64,000 nt of DNA from Thiocapsa sp. UBA6158 (GTDB lineage Bacteria; Pseudomonadota; Gammaproteobacteria; Chromatiales; Chromatiaceae), in assembly GCF_002423035.1 (NCBI RefSeq), contig NZ_DIUM01000070.1, positions 48,056 to 112,055 of the forward strand, written 5' to 3'. The position numbers and the translations under genes were made by a program. The notes beneath the pieces are model-generated. The model saw nothing but the letters and a program-made list of their open reading frames with translations. It did not search any database and was not told the origin of the DNA. Of the stretch, positions 30,132 through 36,766 are shown piece by piece; position 1 is the stretch's first letter, and each line of letters begins with the position of its first letter.

Positions 30132-30210
30132 CTTTTGAGCTTTTGAGCTTTTGAGCTTTTGAGCTTTTGAGCTTTTGAGCTTTTGAGCTTTTGAGCTTTT
30201 GAGCTTTTGA
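30123..30210. repeat. perfect tandem octamer (GCTTTTGA) x 11
   Basis: Counted directly: 88 nt with no mismatch. The first unit is the 3' stem end plus T-tract of the terminator hairpin. The array ends 6 nt from the tRNA-Gly fragment. Confidence 0.95.
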
Positions 30211-30216
30211 TAAATT

Positions 30217-30263
30217 TGGAGCGGGAAACGAGATTCGAACTCGCGACCCCAACCTTGGCAAGG
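30217..30263 (-). repeat. att site: duplicated 3' 47 nt of tRNA-Gly (distal island junction)
   Basis: tggagcgggaaacgagattcgaactcgcgaccccaaccttggcaagg is identical at all 47 positions to 42000-42046. Identity ends abruptly at 30264. Confidence 0.9.
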
Positions 30264-30356
30264 AGATTGCTACCTTATTGACCACGGCGATACACGGAAA
30301 GATTAGCACGCGAGCGGCTCGGAGCAACACGGAATTACGCGGACCCTCCGCGAATG

Positions 30357-30488
30357 TGCGCAGAAAACTAAGCCCCTCTCTCCCTGGAAATGTCGGGAAG
30401 TCGGGAAGGTAGGGTTAACCCATTGCCTTGATTGAGAAAATACCTTCCCGACAGGGCTTTTCGGGTCGGGAGGATAAGTCGGGAAGGT
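30357..30488. repeat. iteron cluster A; about 130-bp copy of 36767-36896
   Basis: Near-identical to the segment downstream of the replicase gene, with a handful of mismatches. GTCGGGAAG cores at 30392, 30401 and 30478 (forward) and 30443-30452 (reverse), plus a degenerate copy at 30465. Confidence 0.85.
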
Positions 30489-30497
30489 TGGCGACCT

Positions 30498-30599
30498 GAT
30501 CGGAACCTGAAGGCAGCCTGTCCCAAAACGGAAGCGCTTCCGTTTTGGGACAGATCAGAACCTGAAGGAGGTGTTGACCGAAACTCACGTGAGTTTCGG
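30498..30599. repeat. palindrome / direct-repeat block at the island end
   Basis: A 16-nt direct repeat GATCRGAACCTGAAGG (30498-30513 and 30553-30568) flanks a perfect 36-bp palindrome, CTGTCCCAAAACGGAAGC|GCTTCCGTTTTGGGACAG (30518-30553). A perfect 22-bp palindrome, CCGAAACTCACGTGAGTTTCGG, follows at 30578-30599. Confidence 0.9.
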
Positions 30600-30624
30600 C
30601 GGAGGGCTAACTACAGGGGTGTGG

Positions 30625-30906
30625 TCAGCTCGGGTCGAGTTGGGCGGTTTGATCTTTTAGGCGATCTTCGAGCGCGTCTAAGTGTTGGCGCTCGTTGGAT
30701 GAAATCGCGTCCATCAACCGCGCCACGGCCGCCAATGACAAGCTCTCATCGCTGGCGATAACGCCTCGTTCCCGAAGAGCAGACTCGAACGCAGAGACCA
30801 GTTCCAAGGGACTATCTATGTCATCAAACCGGCCTGAATCCGACATCGGAATCAGTACGCTTAACATCCGCGGGACTGCATCGGGGTCGTTGACCTTGTT
30901 ACTCAT
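30625..30906 (-). CDS. hypothetical protein (island cargo)
   Basis: 93 aa from MSNKVNDPDAV. A GGAG lies 9 nt upstream of the ATG at 30906. Acidic. No family recognised. Confidence 0.5.
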   Translation of the reverse strand: MSNKVNDPDAVPRMLSVLIPMSDSGRFDDIDSPLELVSAFESALRERGVIASDESLSLAAVARLMDAISSNERQHLDALEDRLKDQTAQLDPS

Positions 30907-31031
30907 CGATCGGGCTCCGGGTGTGCCCGGGCATGCCGGGCGGGTTGGCGTGCGTCTGGATCCGAACCACGCAAGGGACTGGATCGGCAGACCCGCCACG
31001 CGGGCGGGTCTCGGGTTGAGCTCGAATCAGC

Positions 31032-31271
31032 TCAGACCAGGACGGCGACCCCGAAAGCGTCGGGGCCTTCAGCGTTGGCGATGTGTCCGCAGTCGAACCC
31101 CTCGCCTTCCGGTGCGACCCGGTAGCCAGATTCGGACACCAGCAGGACGGCGGATCGCCAGTCGAGCGCGGATCCGATCCGCTGCAAATCGCCCATATTG
31201 CCCTCCGCGTCGAACGGGACGGCGACCACGTCGCGCGGGGTGCCGTCGAGATAGGATTGATCGTTGCTCAT
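31032..31271 (-). CDS. hypothetical protein (island cargo)
   Basis: 79 aa, MSNDQSYLDGTPRDV.... Strong SD (AAGGAG) upstream of the ATG at 31271. Confidence 0.55.
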   Translation of the reverse strand: MSNDQSYLDGTPRDVVAVPFDAEGNMGDLQRIGSALDWRSAVLLVSESGYRVAPEGEGFDCGHIANAEGPDAFGVAVLV

Positions 31272-31319
31272 TCGTCCTTGCTCCTTGAGGTTGCGCCCGG
31301 CCGATGCCGGGCGGGTTGG

Positions 31320-31544
31320 TCAGTCTTGCAGGTCCAGCGGATCGAAGTCTTCTGCTCCGCCCTCGAATCGCGCGAAGGCGATGCACTGCTCGTCGGTCGC
31401 GTCATGCCCTCCCGGCCTGAAGAAGTTGCCCGCGAAGACGAACGCCCGGCCGTTGCGCTCGAACATTTTGAAGGATGTCGCAGGCTTGCCCCGCAGATTC
31501 ACGCGGGTCTTGTCCTCGATCCTGTAGTTCTCCACGTCGGTCAT
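31320..31544 (-). CDS. hypothetical protein (island cargo)
   Basis: 74 aa, MTDVENYRIEDKTRVNLRGKPATSFKMFERNGRAFVFAGNFF. SD GAGGG. ATGA overlap with the upstream ORF. Confidence 0.55.
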   Translation of the reverse strand: MTDVENYRIEDKTRVNLRGKPATSFKMFERNGRAFVFAGNFFRPGGHDATDEQCIAFARFEGGAEDFDPLDLQD

Positions 31545-31726
31545 GACCTTGCCCTCATTGCTCCGATCTGCGAAAGAAACTCGATGTCTTCCCGTGCCGG
31601 GTGATCCGGTGCGCAGAAAATAAGCGCGATGCTTGCTGAAAACAGCCGATCCGCTACCTCGTTCCACCGTTCCAGGTGCCATACCCCGCCGACGATCGCA
31701 TCTATCATGTGCTCGCTGTCGCTCAT
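31541..31726 (-). CDS. hypothetical protein (island cargo)
   Basis: 61 aa. SD GAGGAG 8 nt upstream. ATGA overlaps at both ends. Confidence 0.5.
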   Translation of the reverse strand: MSDSEHMIDAIVGGVWHLERWNEVADRLFSASIALIFCAPDHPAREDIEFLSQIGAMRARS

Positions 31727-32160
31727 GCCGCCTGCTCCTCAGCGGCGAGCTGGTCGACGGCCGTGATGATTGCCGCCTTCGCCTTCAGTCGGGCGGCGGC
31801 GATGCGCTCCTCCCGAGCCAGCGCGGCGGCTTGCTCGGCTTCGCGTTCGGCGATGCTGGCGTCCAGTGCGATGCTCAACAGACCGGCGGCGACTTCCGCG
31901 GCCGTCTCCCCCGTATCGGCGGCGATGCGGGCCAGGGTCGTTTCGCGTTCGGCGGTCGCAACCTCGTTGAAGGCGTCGGCGAACTCGAGTAAGCGGCTCG
32001 ACAGCAGGTGTGCCGCAGTCGCGATGCCTGACAGGCGATCGCGCTCGAAAGGTGTGTCGTCCAGCCCGCTTTCTTCGATGTCGAGCGTCCGGTTCAAGCC
32101 TTGCAGCGCCCACGCCAGTTGCCAAAGCTCACTCATGCCGCTGAATTGTGTTGCGCTCAT
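31723..32160 (-). CDS. hypothetical protein, Ala/Glu-rich helical (island cargo)
   Basis: 145 aa. SD GGAGG 7 nt upstream. ATGA overlap with the upstream ORF. Confidence 0.55.
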   Translation of the reverse strand: MSATQFSGMSELWQLAWALQGLNRTLDIEESGLDDTPFERDRLSGIATAAHLLSSRLLEFADAFNEVATAERETTLARIAADTGETAAEVAAGLLSIALDASIAEREAEQAAALAREERIAAARLKAKAAIITAVDQLAAEEQAA

Positions 32161-32477
32161 GAGCTCGCCTCCATCGGGGTCAATCCTGCATGGGCTCGGG
32201 TCGCCAAGCGGGTCAGTTCGGCGGCGCGACCGTCCGGGGCGGTCGTGACCATGTGCAGGATAGCGTCATGCCATCGGTGCGCGGCGACGACATCGGCGGC
32301 GCGCACGGGGTCACAGCGTAAGCCGTAGCGCACGACTCCGAAGAGTTGATGTGACAGGGCGATGCCCTTGTGAGCGAAGTCATCGCCGTCGATCGGCTTG
32401 CCGCAGCGCTGCATCTCGCCGACGAGATCGCGCGCGAGGAGGATGATGGATCGGCTCGGCTGGCGTTTACCTTCCAT
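32157..32477 (-). CDS. hypothetical protein (island cargo)
   Basis: 106 aa from MEGKRQPSRSIILLARDLVGEMQRCG. SD GGGAGG. The longer track ORF (to 32651) lacks coding character. Confidence 0.5.
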   Translation of the reverse strand: MEGKRQPSRSIILLARDLVGEMQRCGKPIDGDDFAHKGIALSHQLFGVVRYGLRCDPVRAADVVAAHRWHDAILHMVTTAPDGRAAELTRLATRAHAGLTPMEASS

Positions 32478-32715
32478 GTCGGCGACCTCCCAAGATCGAA
32501 CGGCGGCGGCGAACGCCGATAAACCGCAGCGCGGCTTCGATGCGAGCCAGTAGGGCCCGGGCCTCGGACAGCTCCCGGCCTTGCATGCCGGACAGGCACC
32601 AGGCGACGGACGCGCGAAGAGTGCGCAGTGTGCGATGGTCTCGACGCGCAAGGGCGTCTGATGTCATGCGGTGCCAAGTCGGCACGCGCAGTGATATATC
32701 ATGGCTGGTAGCCAT
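32467..32715 (-). CDS. hypothetical basic protein (island cargo)
   Basis: 82 aa. SD GGAGG 7 nt upstream of the ATG at 32715. 11-nt overlap with the next ORF. Confidence 0.45.
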   Translation of the reverse strand: MATSHDISLRVPTWHRMTSDALARRDHRTLRTLRASVAWCLSGMQGRELSEARALLARIEAALRFIGVRRRRSILGGRRHGR

Positions 32716-32795
32716 TGCCGAACCTCCGTTACAGGTTGGTGATGGTCAGGCATCCTCGGGCGTTGGCGCGCCCCTGGATGCCGATCTCCTCTACT

Positions 32796-32981
32796 TCACT
32801 TCGTCTTCGCGGTTCTCTTCCCCTCCCTCAGTTTCTTGCAGATGTCTCGGACCAGCGGTCTCGACTCCGCAGGCACCCACTCCGTAACCGACACGAACCC
32901 TTCGGCTCGCATCCGATCCCGCCATTCAGCCATGCGGACGCGGGTCGGTTTCCGTTTCTCGGTATCGGTAACATGTGACAT
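32796..32981 (-). CDS. DUF3018-like (MazE-family antitoxin-like) small protein
   Basis: KPTRVRMAEWRDRMRAEGFVSVTEWVPAESRPLV resembles the DUF3018 pattern (RVRxxRxRxRAxGLRPVQIWVPD). No MazF-like partner is adjacent. Confidence 0.5.
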   Translation of the reverse strand: MSHVTDTEKRKPTRVRMAEWRDRMRAEGFVSVTEWVPAESRPLVRDICKKLREGKRTAKTK

Positions 32982-33334
32982 ATGCCGAGTGTAACAGCGT
33001 GCGGACGGAAGTCTACATACCGTTCGTCGGTTTTTGCGCTCGGCGATGGATCCTCAAGGGTGCGCGCAAGGTGGCGTCGGCGCTGGTGATTTCTGCGGGT
33101 GCAGTCGGAAGGCATGACCCGATCCAGGTTGGGTTCGGTCTCTCCCTGAATCTCGCTTTCCGCTTCGGTCTCGACAGGCGATTCAGTGGATTCAGGCGTT
33201 GCTTCCTGGGTGTTTTGGGGTTCAGGTACTTCTTCAGTGTCGGTTTCTTTGATGTAAGAAACCTCATCAAAGTACCGATCGCCCCATGACTTAACGTCAA
33301 GACGGAAGCGCTGTGGGCTGCGGCTGTCGCACAT
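32828..33334 (-). CDS. hypothetical acidic protein (uncertain; conflicts with 32796-32981)
   Basis: From MCDSRSPQRFRLDVKSWGDRYFDEVSYIKETDTEEVPEPQNTQEATPESTESPVETEAESEIQGETEP. Locally low GC. The 3' third overlaps the DUF3018-like ORF in another frame and looks non-coding. Confidence 0.3.
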   Translation of the reverse strand: MCDSRSPQRFRLDVKSWGDRYFDEVSYIKETDTEEVPEPQNTQEATPESTESPVETEAESEIQGETEPNLDRVMPSDCTRRNHQRRRHLARTLEDPSPSAKTDERYVDFRPHAVTLGICHMLPIPRNGNRPASAWLNGGIGCEPKGSCRLRSGCLRSRDRWSETSARN

Positions 33335-33654
33335 GTCCAAGGCGTCGGAAGGCGTGACCTGATCCAGGAGGGGTTCGGGTCTCCTTGCGGATAAGGAGAG
33401 CGGACATCGGCGAACCCATGCGCAGATGTCGCGGCTCAAGGTTGAGCCGTGAGATTGCCCGGGCTCACTGCGCAGCGCTGCGCAGTGAGCGCAACCGGGG
33501 CACGGCACGGGTCAAGCGGGCGGTGCGGTCATCCTGAAGCGCGTAGAGCGGGCGCGCTTCGCGTTGACGGCCGCGGGCGGGGGCGGTGGGTCCAACATGC
33601 CGGCCAGGACCGTTGCGCGCTGCAGCGGCTTCCGGGTGGTCGCAGGCTTGCGGA

Positions 33655-33897
33655 TCAAGGCGGCGTATCGGGGCATCGGTCAATCCTCTCGGCTCGGCGG
33701 GGCGGTGGGACCAGGCGCAGATGTGACCGGCGGGCGGCGGCGCGGGCCTCCCGGTCGAGCCGGGCCTGCTCCGCTCGGAACCAGGACCGGAACAGCTCGA
33801 CGGCGGTGTCTTCGTCGGTCATGCGCACGTCGAACCCGCCCGAGTCGTTGGCGGCGAGCAGCAGCCCGTCAAGGTGCAGGGTCAGGGCGGGGTTCAT
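33655..33897 (-). CDS. hypothetical protein (island cargo)
   Basis: 80 aa from MNPALTLHLDGLLLAANDSGGFDVRMTDEDTAVELFRSWF. Weak SD. 29-nt overlap with the upstream ORF. Confidence 0.35.
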   Translation of the reverse strand: MNPALTLHLDGLLLAANDSGGFDVRMTDEDTAVELFRSWFRAEQARLDREARAAARRSHLRLVPPPRRAERIDRCPDTPP

Positions 33898-34189
33898 CGG
33901 CGTCTGTTCGTCGTGCGCGGTGCGCGGCGGCCTCGATGGCGGCCGCTCGGGTGATGGTCTCGAGTGTGCTGTAACGGAATCGACATCCAAGGCACTTGCG
34001 GCGGCGCCTGATGGCGTCGGCGCCGGCTTGGCGGGTCTCCAGTACTGCCGTGTGTTCAGACCCGCAGAGGGGGCAAGATGCGCTCAATGTACGGCCTCGG
34101 TGGTGGGTGCCGACTTTGCGACCGGGTCGGCGCCGGGAGGCCGCGGAGGAAGTCGCGACCTCGCAGCCGTCCAAAACTGCCCGCGCCAA
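33869..34189 (-). CDS. NrdR-type zinc-ribbon protein lacking the ATP-cone (Ogr/Delta-like size)
   Basis: CPLCGSEHTAVLETRQAGADAIRRRRKCLGCRFRYSTLE parallels the NrdR N-terminus (CPFCxxxDTKVIDSRxxxxGxxIRRRRxCxxCxxRFTTFE). A more likely start is TTG 34087, which has a GAGG SD and gives 72 aa beginning MSASCPLCG. Confidence 0.55.
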   Translation of the reverse strand: MARAVLDGCEVATSSAASRRRPGRKVGTHHRGRTLSASCPLCGSEHTAVLETRQAGADAIRRRRKCLGCRFRYSTLETITRAAAIEAAAHRARRTDADEPRPDPAP

Positions 34190-34192
34190 GAA

Positions 34193-34660
34193 TCAGGCAG
34201 CGATCCGGCCGAGATCGGGCGCCAAAACAACAGTAGGATCCGCATCGCCGCGTCGAACGATCGGCGTCGGCGAGCTGCGAATCGCGCGCTCTTCCTCGAT
34301 TTCCAGGCTACGCAGCTCCGCGTCGAGCTCGGCGAGGCGGCGGCGCCGGTCTGCGGCGCTGATGCCGGGCTCGGGATGTGCCTCGAAGGCAATCGCGGCG
34401 AGCCGTGCGGCGGTGCGCTCGAAGTCCAGCGCGGCGACGATCGAAAGCACGTCGATCCTGGATGCGGCGTGACTCGTCAAGTCGGTTTTGCCTTTGCGCA
34501 GCCGGGAGGGGTTAAGGATGTCCCGGCCGCGCTCGGCAAGGTGCTCGACCTCGGCGGCGATGCTTTCGGCCGCTTCGGCTTGGGCGGGCCACTCGCGTTC
34601 CACGGCTTTGCGCTCGGCTTGCAGGGCGGTGATGCGGTCGCGGATTTTCTCAATGGTCAT
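34193..34660 (-). CDS. hypothetical coiled-coil protein (island cargo)
   Basis: 155 aa from MTIEKIRDRITALQAERKAVEREW. ATGA overlap with the upstream ORF. Confidence 0.5.
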   Translation of the reverse strand: MTIEKIRDRITALQAERKAVEREWPAQAEAAESIAAEVEHLAERGRDILNPSRLRKGKTDLTSHAASRIDVLSIVAALDFERTAARLAAIAFEAHPEPGISAADRRRRLAELDAELRSLEIEEERAIRSSPTPIVRRGDADPTVVLAPDLGRIAA

Positions 34661-34917
34661 GCGATGGTTCCGATGATGTAGATGTTGCTGTTGTCGCTGC
34701 GGCGCTTCGCCGGCAGGCGTGCCCACGCGCGACCTCGCAGCCCGTCGCGGCGGAAGATGTCGCCTCCGCGCACCCATAGCCCACGCGCTGTCGGCGCCGG
34801 TTCGCTGTCGCTGAAAATCACCTCGAAGCCGTCCACGCCATCGCACTGACACGCGAAATCGAGCGAGGCGCCGGCGATCTCCGTATAAGCCGCAGTCAGG
34901 GGCACGGGGTCAGCCAT
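34657..34917 (-). CDS. hypothetical protein (island cargo)
   Basis: 86 aa, MADPVPLTAAYTEIAGASLDFACQCDGVDGFEVIF. 8-nt overlap upstream and ATGA downstream. Confidence 0.45.
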   Translation of the reverse strand: MADPVPLTAAYTEIAGASLDFACQCDGVDGFEVIFSDSEPAPTARGLWVRGGDIFRRDGLRGRAWARLPAKRRSDNSNIYIIGTIA

Positions 34918-35314
34918 TGGCGATGCGCCCGGTGTTGTCCTCCAGCCATTCCTCGCACGCGGTCAGCAGCTTGATTTGCGGCTTCCAGGCGGCTTGCGCG
35001 GACTCGATCGCCGTTTCCAGCTCGGCTAGGCGCTGCTCGACCATCTTCAGGTCAATTCGGGCGCCGGCTAGCTTCGGGTCTTCGGGCGTGCCGGGCACAC
35101 GAGGATTGCGCTGCAGGTCCACTCCCCATTGGGCGATGTACCGCGCAAGGTCTTGGCGCTCTTGGTGCAGCGCGAGGCGTTCGCCGATCAGCCCGGACAG
35201 GGCAGCGTGCGCGCCCTTGGCGGCGCGTCGCAGCTCCCGCAAGCGCATCTCGTAGGGCTCGAGCTTGGCGGCTCGGGCTTGCTTCTGAGCAAGCGTCAAT
35301 GGTGCCGAGATCAT
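34910..35314 (-). CDS. hypothetical helical protein (island cargo)
   Basis: 134 aa. SD GGAGG 9 nt upstream. ATGA overlap with the upstream ORF. Confidence 0.5.
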   Translation of the reverse strand: MISAPLTLAQKQARAAKLEPYEMRLRELRRAAKGAHAALSGLIGERLALHQERQDLARYIAQWGVDLQRNPRVPGTPEDPKLAGARIDLKMVEQRLAELETAIESAQAAWKPQIKLLTACEEWLEDNTGRIANG

Positions 35315-35703
35315 CGCTGAAAGCCTCCGCGATCCGGCCGCACAATCCGCGATCGCGGCGCGCTCATGTCCACGTCGCGCGCGGGTCCACCGGTGCGGCC
35401 TGACGACAGGGCTTTTTCGAGTGCTTCCATCGCGCGCATTTGCGCGTCAGTAGTCCCGGACGCAGAGGGGCCGGCCTGGTTGGCGCGGTGCGGCTCGTTG
35501 GCGGCGATCTGCGCGAGGGCTTCGTCCATCTCGGCTTGCTGCTCGGCGGACATCTTGCGCGGCGTTGGATAGTGGCCTGCGGTGATCTCGGGGCCGATCG
35601 CTGCGCCGACGGCGAGCGCGACCGGCCGATGTTTGATGATGCTGTTGTCGATCATGTTCGTGTCCGGTGTTTGGAGTGCGGACATTTTCAGCCGACGAAT
35701 CAA
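35311..35703 (-). CDS. hypothetical protein (island cargo)
   Basis: Up to 130 aa. The TTG at 35703 overlaps the upstream stop (TTGA). Alternative ATG starts at 35685 and 35655. Confidence 0.45.
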   Translation of the reverse strand: MIRRLKMSALQTPDTNMIDNSIIKHRPVALAVGAAIGPEITAGHYPTPRKMSAEQQAEMDEALAQIAANEPHRANQAGPSASGTTDAQMRAMEALEKALSSGRTGGPARDVDMSAPRSRIVRPDRGGFQR

Positions 35704-36293
35704 CCATCAAAACCGGGTGTTTGGTGTTCGGCGATAATGCGCTTCAGGTGCGTCGCGGATGTCGGAGCCGGTGCGCTGCTCAAGGCGAACCACAGCTCGC
35801 ACTGCAGAGGGCTAAGGCGTGCCGGTGGTTGTGCATGGTGCCGGGACCATCGCCAGGTGGACGCCTCGAACATCCCGATCTCGCTCGCCAGCTCACGGAT
35901 GCGCGCGGGGGTAGACGTGTCTTCGTTGAACGGGACCAGGGCGAAGGCGCGGCGGAGGTGCCGATCTCGACGGGAAAGGCGCTCGCGGGTCGCAAGGCTC
36001 GCGATGCCGCGGCCGCGGATGCCGAGACCCTCATCCAAGGTCGCCACAGCTCCGGTGGCCGCTAGGCGCAGCCCATCGGCGAGGAAAGCCGCGGCCTCCG
36101 GGTCGGTCCGGGCGGTCGCGGTGATCGCGCGGCGCAGCATGGCGAGCCCTTCATTCTGTTTCATATCGACAATCTCGATCCATAGCCAGTTGACATCGAA
36201 CATATCTGCTGCCGAGACCCTAAGCGACTGAAATCCTGTCGAAAACCGGGGCTCGAATTCCCCGCGGTTACGGCGGGGGTGCCGGGGTCCCAT
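35700..36293 (-). CDS. hypothetical protein (island cargo)
   Basis: Up to 197 aa. The start is uncertain (ATG 36293, 36203 or 36164). The coding-like part begins around MKQNEGLAMLRRAITATART. Confidence 0.45.
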   Translation of the reverse strand: MGPRHPRRNRGEFEPRFSTGFQSLRVSAADMFDVNWLWIEIVDMKQNEGLAMLRRAITATARTDPEAAAFLADGLRLAATGAVATLDEGLGIRGRGIASLATRERLSRRDRHLRRAFALVPFNEDTSTPARIRELASEIGMFEASTWRWSRHHAQPPARLSPLQCELWFALSSAPAPTSATHLKRIIAEHQTPGFDG

Positions 36294-36372
36294 CGCTGCT
36301 GAATCTTCCGAGAGAACATGCGGTTGCGAAACTCAGCCGAGCCCGTTGGATGCTGCATCGAAAGCATGACCC

Positions 36373-36747
36373 TCAAAACGCGGAAGTCAGCAGCCGGCCG
36401 ACGTGGTTCATGGTGTCGAGATCCACGTCGGCGGCGAACCGAACGGCCGCCCTACCCTGCTCATCTACGGCGACCTCCGTAACCGCGTCGGCGAGATCCT
36501 CCACCTCTAAGCAGAACCTCAGCTCGTCCACCGTCCACGGTTCCCGGCGCGTCACGGATCCAGGGCGAGCCTCACGCGGGTTTCGCGTCTGCTCGCTCTT
36601 GGCCCACTTCCGCGCGAACTTCATGCAGGTGGTTGCCTTCCCGATGACGAAGACCTTCCGAGCGGTCACACAGTAGTTCGTCGCGCTGGTGAAGGACTGA
36701 CAGTCGCAACAGCGGACCTGAGGGCGGTCATCATCCTTGCGGGCCAT
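36373..36747 (-). CDS. hypothetical Cys-containing protein, first gene after the iteron region
   Basis: 124 aa, MARKDDDRPQVRCCDCQSFTSATNYCV...TTCMKF. Strong SD GGGAGGG upstream of the ATG at 36747. Confidence 0.55.
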   Translation of the reverse strand: MARKDDDRPQVRCCDCQSFTSATNYCVTARKVFVIGKATTCMKFARKWAKSEQTRNPREARPGSVTRREPWTVDELRFCLEVEDLADAVTEVAVDEQGRAAVRFAADVDLDTMNHVGRLLTSAF

Positions 36748-36766
36748 GCCAAGCCCTCCCGGTGTG

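Noticed and set aside
30123-30210. Possible CRISPR array (also considered for the iteron region 36800-37011).
   Set aside because: The octamers are contiguous with no spacers. The iterons are 9-mers in both orientations with irregular 8-55 nt spacing. No cas genes are present. Neither fits CRISPR repeat or spacer dimensions.
30217-30290. A second tRNA-Gly gene.
   Set aside because: Only the 3' 47 nt match. The sequence beyond 30263 cannot form the D arm or the acceptor 5' strand. It is an att duplicate, not a gene.
29962-30330. 122-aa ORF translating to repeated KAQKLKSS units.
   Set aside because: It is the translation of the 8-bp microsatellite, the tRNA-Gly fragment and the terminator. 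It has no SD at a plausible distance, and the 8-nt period only mimics a 24-nt peptide repeat.
30432-30761. Plus-strand 109-aa ORF across iteron cluster A and the palindromes.
   Set aside because: It is composed of repeat and palindrome sequence, is Arg-rich, has no SD, and runs opposite to all other island genes.
33465-33683. 72-aa minus-strand ORF filling the gap between island ORFs.
   Set aside because: It is extremely Arg/Ala/Pro-rich, has no SD, and overlaps the end of the upstream ORF. The region 33335-33654 is left unannotated.
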